A stretch of 64,000 nt of DNA, taken from contig CAWJSK010000013.1 in NCBI GenBank assembly GCA_963845535.1, positions 96,001 through 160,000 of the forward strand. Direction: 5' to 3'. Below, piece by piece: positions 57,608-64,000 of the stretch. The notes under the pieces were generated by a model. It was given only the letters and a program-made list of their open reading frames with translations, did not search any database and had not been told where the DNA came from. Made by a program: the position numbers and the translations under genes. The number at the start of each line of letters is the position of its first letter. The first letter of the stretch is position 1. The DNA is from an uncultured Spirochaetota bacterium. Lineage in GTDB: Bacteria; Spirochaetota; Spirochaetia; SZUA-6; Fen-1364.

Positions 57608-57985
57608 GTGTTTCGAAAAATCGAGGCGATCATCAGGGAAGAGGCGCTGGATGACGTGCGGGAAGCGCTCTCGGAGGTCGGGATCGTCGGCATGAACGTT
57701 TTCGAGATCCGCGGTCACGGGAGACTGGGCAGCCAGGAGCACTCCTGGCGCTACACCTACCTCCACAAGGACATGCTGCCGAAGATCCAGCTCAACATCA
57801 TCCTGAGTGAGCGCAACGTCGAGCCAACCGTCCAGGCCATCATGAAGGCCGCTCGCACCGGCCGGGAGGGGGACGGCATCATCTTCATCTACCCGGTGGA
57901 GGACGTCGTTCGGGTGCGCACCGGCGAACGGGGCGGAGAAGCGTTGTCCTACCCGGGAGACATCGACTCGAGGCGGCAGAAATAA
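57608..57985 (+). CDS. PII-family signal protein (divergent GlnB/GlnK-like)
   Basis: 'KIEAIIR', 'GHGR', 'DMLPK', 'ARTGREGDGIIF', 'RVRTGE'. Confidence 0.88.
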   Translation: MFRKIEAIIREEALDDVREALSEVGIVGMNVFEIRGHGRLGSQEHSWRYTYLHKDMLPKIQLNIILSERNVEPTVQAIMKAARTGREGDGIIFIYPVEDVVRVRTGERGGEALSYPGDIDSRRQK

Positions 57986-57998
57986 GGGGAGGCGCAAG

Positions 57999-59027
57999 GT
58001 GAAAACCGCCGCGCTTGCCCTCATCGTCTCCCTGCTTGTAAGCTGCGCGTCGCAGCTGGGATACCTCGTCAAGCAGGGAGACTACCTCCTTCGATACTCG
58101 AGCGGCACCGAGAGCGTGGACGACCTTCTGAAATCCCCGAGCACGCCGGCGGACACGCGCGAGTTCCTGCAAAGAGTCAAGGAGATCAGGACGTTCGCCG
58201 TGGAGTCCATTGGGCTTCGGGACAACGGCAACTACACGAGATACAAGAGCATCGACCGCGACTATCTCGTCGACGTGGTCCAGGCGTGTGACGCACTGTC
58301 CTTCACTCCATACCAGTGGAGCTACCCTTTCATGGGCAAGCTCCCGTACAAGGGGTTCTACGAGCGCCCTGACGCGCTGGCGGAGGCAGGCAGGCTGAAA
58401 AAAGAAGGGTATGACGTGATTGTCCGGAAGGTGGATGCCTTCAGCACCCTGGGCTTCACGAAAGACCCCGTGTACTCGTTCATGAAGAAATACTCGCCAT
58501 ACGAGCTGGCAAGCACGATCATTCACGAGCAGACTCACGCCACGCTGTGGGTGAAAGGCCAGACGGACTTCAACGAGGAGCTTGCGGATTTCGTGGGAGA
58601 AACCGGCGCGCTCGAATGGATTGCCGCGCGCTTTGGACCGGCCTCCGAGGAATACCGCTCTGCCGTTGATGAGAAGGCGGACTCCGAGACTTTTATCGCG
58701 CAACTGAAATCCCTGCGTGAGGCGCTTGCGGACGTATATGAATCTCCTCTCCCTCGGGCGTACAAGCTCGAGCGAAAAGACCAGCTCATCAGCGTCTTCA
58801 AGAAGAGGCTTTCGGAGAATGCCGACCGCCTGTTTCGATCCCCGGACTACCGGAAGATCGGCGACCTCCCCATCAATAACGCTTACATTTCCCTCTACAG
58901 CCTGTATACGGATGACGTGCCGCTTCTTCGTTCCTGGTATGAGACGCACTGCGGCAGCGACTTGAAGACCTTCATGCTCTCCATGGAGAAGCTCGCGAAA
59001 AACGGGGACGTGAAGAAGCAGATCTAG
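57999..59027 (+). CDS. Putative zinc aminopeptidase lipoprotein
   Basis: Lipobox 'LLVSC'; 'PYKGF', 'AFSTLG..DP', 'IIHEQTH', 'FNEELA'. Confidence 0.82.
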   Translation: MKTAALALIVSLLVSCASQLGYLVKQGDYLLRYSSGTESVDDLLKSPSTPADTREFLQRVKEIRTFAVESIGLRDNGNYTRYKSIDRDYLVDVVQACDALSFTPYQWSYPFMGKLPYKGFYERPDALAEAGRLKKEGYDVIVRKVDAFSTLGFTKDPVYSFMKKYSPYELASTIIHEQTHATLWVKGQTDFNEELADFVGETGALEWIAARFGPASEEYRSAVDEKADSETFIAQLKSLREALADVYESPLPRAYKLERKDQLISVFKKRLSENADRLFRSPDYRKIGDLPINNAYISLYSLYTDDVPLLRSWYETHCGSDLKTFMLSMEKLAKNGDVKKQI

Positions 59028-59077
59028 CGCGGAGTTGACTTTGGCGTTGCCCGTTCCCATTATTACCGCAAGAAGGC

Positions 59078-60454
59078 ATGAAGAATCACCAGAGGAAATA
59101 CTCTCTCGAGCCTCGTGATGTGCCGCGCGTGGAGACGCCGAACAGGCGTATCGTGACAAAGCTTCCCGTCCCGGAGTCACTTCCCATCCTCGAGGCGCTG
59201 GAACGGTTCGAGCCTTCCTCCATGCAAGGCCAGCCTCCCCTTGTCATCGACCATGCGCAGGGATGGAGCGTCTATGACGCGTGGGGGAACAAGTGGCTGG
59301 ACTGGTCCTCCGGGGTGCTCATCTCCAACGTCGGCAACGGGCATCCCGAGGTCGTGAGCGCCCTCAAGGAGATGGTGGAGCGTCCCCTCCTCAGCACGTA
59401 CGTCTTTGCCCATGAGAGACGGGCCGAGCTGGTCGAGTTGCTGGCCGGCCTGGCCCCGTCCAAGGGCTACAAGGTCTTCCTGCTCACCACCGGCTCTGAA
59501 GCAACCGAGAACTGCATCAAGCTCGCCCGCACCTGGGGGCTCGAGCGGCACGGCCCCGAGCGGCGGGTCCTCGTCTCATTCGAGAACGCGTTCCACGGAA
59601 GGACCATGGGCGCGCAGCTTGCGGGCGGCAACGAGTCGCAAAAGAAATGGCTCGGGCGCCTGGATGACTCGTTCATCCAGGTCCCGTTCCCTGACGGATA
59701 CGCCAACCACGACCTTCGCTTCGATCTGTTCGTGGAGACCCTCGAGCGCAAGGGGGTGAAACCTTCCCAGGTCTGCGCGGTCATGACGGAGAGCTTCCAG
59801 GGGGTGGGGCCGGATTTCTTCCCGCACGGGTACGCGCGAAACCTCGAATCCTGGTGTCGGGAGAATGACGCTCTCCTGATCGTGGATGAAGTGCAAGCCG
59901 GCTTCGGCCGCACGGGAAAGTGGTTCGCCTTCGAGCACTATGGAATCACCCCGGACCTGATTGCCTGCGGGAAAGGCATCTCGGGGTCGCTCCCTCTCTC
60001 TGCGGTGATTGGCAGGGCGGAGGTCATGGAGCTGTATCCGCCCGGCTCCATGACCTCCACGCACTCGGGCTCGCCGCTCCCGGTCGCCGCGGCGGTGGCA
60101 AGCGTGAAAGCCCTCCAGCGCGGCGGGTATCTCCAGAATGCCCGGGAGCTGGACCCCGTTCTCCGTGATGGCCTTGAACGTATTTCAGCGCGCCATCCGG
60201 ATTCCGTGGGCAGCGTCCGAAGCCTGGGCCTGGTGGGCGGGGTGAGGCTGGTGAAGAGGGGCGCGCGTCAGCCTGACCCCCTTGCCGCCCTTGCCGTGAA
60301 CACGGCGTGCTTCCACAAGGGGCTTCTCATGTTCGCGCCGGTGGGGGCGTCCGGGGAATGCATCAAGATAGCGCCGGCTCTGGATATCTCGAAGGACGCG
60401 CTTGCTGAAGGACTTACCGTCCTTGGTGAGGCAATGGACGAGGCCCTCGCGTGA
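59078..60454 (+). CDS. Class III PLP aminotransferase
   Basis: 'TTGSEATE', 'AFHGRT', 'DEVQAGFGRTG', 'GKGISG', 'STHSG'. Confidence 0.92.
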   Translation: MKNHQRKYSLEPRDVPRVETPNRRIVTKLPVPESLPILEALERFEPSSMQGQPPLVIDHAQGWSVYDAWGNKWLDWSSGVLISNVGNGHPEVVSALKEMVERPLLSTYVFAHERRAELVELLAGLAPSKGYKVFLLTTGSEATENCIKLARTWGLERHGPERRVLVSFENAFHGRTMGAQLAGGNESQKKWLGRLDDSFIQVPFPDGYANHDLRFDLFVETLERKGVKPSQVCAVMTESFQGVGPDFFPHGYARNLESWCRENDALLIVDEVQAGFGRTGKWFAFEHYGITPDLIACGKGISGSLPLSAVIGRAEVMELYPPGSMTSTHSGSPLPVAAAVASVKALQRGGYLQNARELDPVLRDGLERISARHPDSVGSVRSLGLVGGVRLVKRGARQPDPLAALAVNTACFHKGLLMFAPVGASGECIKIAPALDISKDALAEGLTVLGEAMDEALA

Positions 60455-60501
60455 GCGAGGCCTTTGTATGAGCGAGGCGCTTGCATGAGCGAGGCGCTGG
60501 A
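60451..60501 (+). repeat. 17-nt tandem repeat x3 creating two 6-aa mini-ORFs with ATGA overlaps
   Basis: GTGAGCGAGGCCTTTGT / ATGAGCGAGGCGCTTGC / ATGAGCGAGGCGCTGGA. Confidence 0.8.
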
Positions 60502-61789
60502 GGCGCTCATCATTGGCGGGGGGATGATCACCGCGGACCAGATCCTCCCGTCGCTGTACCATCTCCAGAGAATCGGGACGATAGGGCGCATCAGCGTCTG
60601 CGCTTCCCGCTCTTCCACGCTCCGCGCGCTTTCCGCAAATCCCCTCATCAAAGCCGCCTTCCCGGAGCGCTCCTTCTCCTCCTGGCCGGACCTTTCGCTG
60701 GAGGAAGACGACCCTCAGCCGCTGCTGTACCTCGAGGCCCTCGCGAGCCTGGGGACAGGACAGCTTGTCGTGGTGGCGGTCCCTGACAATCTCCACCACG
60801 AGGTGGTCATGGCCGCCCTTCGGTCCGGTCAGCATGTCCTTTGCGTCAAGCCGCTGGCCCTGGAGTACTGCCAGGCGGCCGAAATTGCCTCAGAGGCGGA
60901 CGCTCGCGGCCTCTTTGTCGGCGTGGAGTACCACAAGCGCTTCGACAGGAGGTCCCTCGTGGCCCGAGCCGCCTATCGGGCCGGCCGCTTCGGCGAGCTG
61001 GTCATGGGCGAGGCGCGGCTCCTGGAGCCCTACCGGTACAGAAGCTCGAGCTTCCAGCGCTGGTTCACCGCGGAGAACACTGATCCGTTCGCGTATGTCG
61101 GCTGCCACTACGTGGACCTCGTGTCCTTCATAACGGGCCTTCTCCCGGTGGAGGTCTCCGTTGTCGGAGCTCGCCGGCGGTTCCCGAACGGCAACGAGGG
61201 ATTCCTCTGGTCGCACGCCCGGGTGCGTTGGGAGAACGGAGCGCTTCTCTCCGTGACGAACGGCCTGGGGTACCCCGACCAGGCCGCAGGCAGCAACGAC
61301 CAGGGCATGACGCTGTACTGTGAAGGGCCGAAAGGCACGGGGATGATCCGTCATGACGACCATGACAGGGGCGTGAGCTACGCCTACCTCGACTCCGGCT
61401 CGGACGCCGCGTCCCCGCACGCTTCCTCTTTTCAGTACGTCAGCCCGGATTTCTTCCAGCTGGTTCCGTGGGAAGGGGAGGGGCTTCGACCCGTTGGCTA
61501 TGGCTTCGATTCGATCAAGGCCATCGTGGAGGCGGTCCGCGACGTAGAGGAAGCTTCGGGCAGCCTTCCGCCGCAGGATGCGCTGAAGGAGCGCCGCCGC
61601 CGCATTGCCGTAGTCGAACGGCAAGGGCTGATTGCAACGCCGTCGAACAGCGCCGCAATCGACCTCGCCGTGGACGCCGGCCGCCGGTCCATCCTGGCGG
61701 GAGGGGCCGCGGCGCGCATTGTTTATGGAAATGAGCCGAAAGTCGAGCTTTCAGGCGTGAAGGAGGGATTCGAATGGCCGCTCACGTAG
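60485..61789 (+). CDS. Gfo/Idh/MocA family oxidoreductase
   Basis: 'IIGGGMI', 'VPDNLH', 'HVLCVKPL', 'EYHKRFD', 'GCHYVDL'. Confidence 0.88.
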   Translation: MSEALEALIIGGGMITADQILPSLYHLQRIGTIGRISVCASRSSTLRALSANPLIKAAFPERSFSSWPDLSLEEDDPQPLLYLEALASLGTGQLVVVAVPDNLHHEVVMAALRSGQHVLCVKPLALEYCQAAEIASEADARGLFVGVEYHKRFDRRSLVARAAYRAGRFGELVMGEARLLEPYRYRSSSFQRWFTAENTDPFAYVGCHYVDLVSFITGLLPVEVSVVGARRRFPNGNEGFLWSHARVRWENGALLSVTNGLGYPDQAAGSNDQGMTLYCEGPKGTGMIRHDDHDRGVSYAYLDSGSDAASPHASSFQYVSPDFFQLVPWEGEGLRPVGYGFDSIKAIVEAVRDVEEASGSLPPQDALKERRRRIAVVERQGLIATPSNSAAIDLAVDAGRRSILAGGAAARIVYGNEPKVELSGVKEGFEWPLT

Positions 61790-63183
61790 GAGTCATCGGC
61801 ATGGCCGTCATGGGGCAGAACCTCGCCCGCAACATGGAAAGCAGGGGCTACACGGTGGGCGTCTACAACAGGACCGCGGAGAAAACCCGTGAGCTGGTGG
61901 AGGGGCCGGGGAAAGGGAAGCGCCTCGTCCCTGCCTGGTCCATCGAAGAGCTGATTCGCGGACTTTCGAAACCCAGGACGCTCCTTATCATGGTGCAGGC
62001 GGGAAAGCCGGTCGACGAGGTGATCAACCAGGCGGCGCCCCTCCTCGAGAAGGGCGACATCATCATTGATGGAGGAAACTCATTCTTCCCGGACACCATT
62101 CGCAGGGCCCGGGAGGCGGAGTCCAAAGGCCTCCTGTTCCTCGGGGCAGGGGTCTCAGGAGGGGAGGAGGGCGCACTGCATGGCCCCAGCATCATGCCCG
62201 GTGGCCACCCGGCTGCGTGGAGTCACGCCGGGAAGATCCTCATGGACATCTCCGCAAAGGTGGACGGCCAGCCGTGCTGCGCGTATATCGGTTCCGACGG
62301 CGCGGGCCACTACGTGAAGATGGTGCACAACGGAATCGAATACGGGGACATGCAGCTTATCTCTGAGGCTTATTTCATCATGAAGAACCTCCTGGGGATG
62401 GACCATCAGGCGATGGCGGCAACCTTCGCGCGGTGGAACACGGGAGACTTGGATTCCTATCTTATCGAGATCACGGCGGACATCCTCGGGAAGAAAGACC
62501 CGGAGACGGGACTTCCCCTGGTGGAACAGATCCTGGACAAGGCGGGGCAGAAAGGGACCGGCAAATGGACTATCCAGTCCGCGCTGGATCTCGGGGTTGC
62601 CGCGGCCACCATGGGGGAAGCCGTTTTTGCCCGCACCATCTCCGCGCTGAAAGAGGAGAGAACGGAAGCCTCGAAGGTGCTGCGCGGACCATCAGGGAAG
62701 TTCTCGGGGAACGCCACCGAACTGGTACAGGCGGTTCATGACGCCCTGTATGCCTCCAAGATCTGCTCGTACGCGCAGGGCTTCAGCCTGATGAGGGCTG
62801 CGGCCCGGGAGTACGGGTGGGCGCTCAAGTTCGGAGAGATCGCGTCCATCTGGCGCGGGGGGTGCATCATCCGGGCCAGGTTCCTTGGAAGGATCAAGGA
62901 AGCGTACGACAAGAACCCGGACCTGCCGAACCTGCTCCTGGATCCCTACTTCCGAGAGATCGTGGACACGTCGCAGCAGGGCTGGCGGCGCCTGGTGGCC
63001 GCGGCCGCGGAGCGCGGCGTTCCCATTCCCGCTTTCTCATCCGCGCTTTCCTATTTCGATTCGTATCGGACGGAGAGGCTTCCCGCCAACCTGATCCAGG
63101 CCCAGCGGGACTATTTCGGCGCCCATACATATCAGAGGGTGGACAGACCAGGGACGTTCCACACGGAGTGGTCCAAGCTCTGA
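61774..63183 (+). CDS. gnd: 6-phosphogluconate dehydrogenase, decarboxylating
   Basis: 'GMAVMG', 'IDGGNS', 'SGGEEGA', '[13 protein letters not shown]', 'QKGTGKW', 'QRDYFGAH'. Confidence 0.97.
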   Translation: MAAHVGVIGMAVMGQNLARNMESRGYTVGVYNRTAEKTRELVEGPGKGKRLVPAWSIEELIRGLSKPRTLLIMVQAGKPVDEVINQAAPLLEKGDIIIDGGNSFFPDTIRRAREAESKGLLFLGAGVSGGEEGALHGPSIMPGGHPAAWSHAGKILMDISAKVDGQPCCAYIGSDGAGHYVKMVHNGIEYGDMQLISEAYFIMKNLLGMDHQAMAATFARWNTGDLDSYLIEITADILGKKDPETGLPLVEQILDKAGQKGTGKWTIQSALDLGVAAATMGEAVFARTISALKEERTEASKVLRGPSGKFSGNATELVQAVHDALYASKICSYAQGFSLMRAAAREYGWALKFGEIASIWRGGCIIRARFLGRIKEAYDKNPDLPNLLLDPYFREIVDTSQQGWRRLVAAAAERGVPIPAFSSALSYFDSYRTERLPANLIQAQRDYFGAHTYQRVDRPGTFHTEWSKL

Positions 63184-63214
63184 AAGGCCTTCGACCCAAA
63201 CACAGCATGCCAAT

Positions 63215-63272
63215 ACCTATGAAAAACGAAGGAATTGTCCAAAAACTTGCAACTATTGCGTTATTTATAGGT
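63215..63272. repeat. 58-bp imperfect palindrome, second (inverted) copy of the 37916-37972 element
   Basis: ACCTATGAAAAACG...TTGCGTTATTTATAGGT; its reverse complement shares ACCTAT, AACGCA, CAAGTT and ATAGGT in register with the first copy. Confidence 0.7.
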
Positions 63273-63289
63273 GCGCGAGGGTGATGTGT

Positions 63290-63307
63290 GCGCGGCGCAC
63301 GCCGCGC
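63290..63307. terminator. GC hairpin between convergent gnd and ldh
   Basis: GCGCGGC-GCAC-GCCGCGC. Confidence 0.4.
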
Positions 63308-63339
63308 GCCGTGTGCGCAGGGGACCGCCAGGCGCGCCT

Positions 63340-64000
63340 TCAATAGCCCGCGCGGGCGATGTTCTCCGCGACGAATCTGGCCGAATCGAAAAGGCACCTC
63401 TCCTCATCCGCGGGAAGCGGGAAATCCAGGACGCGGGACACACCCTCCTTCCCCACGATTGCCGGGAAACTGAAGGCGGTCTTCTTCACGCCCTTGTAAT
63501 CCTTGCGGACCGTTGAGATGGGGAGGATGCGCCGCTCGTCCCGTACAATGGATTCCACCAGGACGGAGGCCGCCTGCGCAATGGCGTAGCAGGTTGAGCC
63601 CTTCGCCTGGATGATGCGGTTGGCGGCCTGACGGACTTCGTTGATCGTGTTCTGCTTGAACGTTTCCAGCTCCTCGCAGACCCCGCAGACGGGGCAGAAC
63701 TCGTTGAAGTGTATGCCGCCGATAGTGAGGAGCGACCACGCGGGGAACGAGGTGTCTCCGTGCTCTCCCAGCACGTACCCGTGGATGCTCTGGGGGTTCA
63801 CCTTGCAGTGGCGGGCAACGTACTCGCGCAGGCGCGCGGAATCCAGGATTGTCCCGGAGCCGAGGACGCGCTGCGCCGGGAAGCCGCTCTCCGCAAACGC
63901 AACCCAGGTCAGGACGTCCACCGGGTTGGTGATGACAAGGAAGATGCCCTGGAAGCCGGATTCCACGATCGACTTCACGATGGACTTCATGACGGTGATG
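63340..64000 (-). CDS. ldh: L-lactate dehydrogenase, 5'-partial
   Basis: 'TNPVDVLT', 'GSGTILDSARL', 'VLGEHGDT', 'AKGSTCYAIA'. Confidence 0.88.
   Translation of the reverse strand, partial: ITVMKSIVKSIVESGFQGIFLVITNPVDVLTWVAFAESGFPAQRVLGSGTILDSARLREYVARHCKVNPQSIHGYVLGEHGDTSFPAWSLLTIGGIHFNEFCPVCGVCEELETFKQNTINEVRQAANRIIQAKGSTCYAIAQAASVLVESIVRDERRILPISTVRKDYKGVKKTAFSFPAIVGKEGVSRVLDFPLPADEERCLFDSARFVAENIARAGY

Noticed and set aside
1..64000. rRNA, tRNA, transposase, prophage or defence genes
   Set aside because: None recognised; nearly all sequence is accounted for by metabolic, transport and signalling CDS

Overview
GC-rich bacterial chromosome segment, gene-dense, with about 55 CDS. It is probably from a Spirochaetia-like organism (inference from a Borrelia-P13-like small protein, TGC/VSC lipoboxes and 'AGGQ(G/A)E' binding-protein leaders). 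I saw no rRNA, tRNA, CRISPR array, integrase or transposase. Left to right: (1) 1-8.8 kb, envelope/signalling: partial FecR-domain gene, two paralogous Ig-like+NHL-propeller lipoproteins (first fragmented) flanking a GT-A/GT2-like glycosyltransferase with a PqqD/RRE-like N-terminus, a CHASE2 adenylate cyclase and an FnIII lipoprotein. (2) 10-22.2 kb, a divergent ACP-less acyl-CoA cluster: double-TetR regulator, two KAS-III-like enzymes with non-canonical catalytic residues, FabG/PhaB-like reductase, CoA transferase, LIV-type ABC importer, alpha/beta hydrolase (plus a 26-codon relic of a second) and SCP2-type thiolase. (3) Four carbohydrate ABC modules lacking ATPase genes, with an N-acylglucosamine 2-epimerase and a DUF5054/GH38-like hydrolase. 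(4) A hybrid histidine kinase and an HD-GYP regulator. (5) A purine-nucleoside uptake/salvage operon. (6) A divergent PII protein, aminopeptidase, class-III aminotransferase, Gfo/Idh/MocA oxidoreductase, gnd and partial ldh. Non-coding highlights are a ~57-bp palindromic element present twice (37.9 and 63.2 kb) and a 17-nt triple repeat forming a stop/start relay of 6-aa mini-ORFs. Several single-base frameshifts suggest long-read indel errors. All family calls come from reading motifs by eye; no searches were run.
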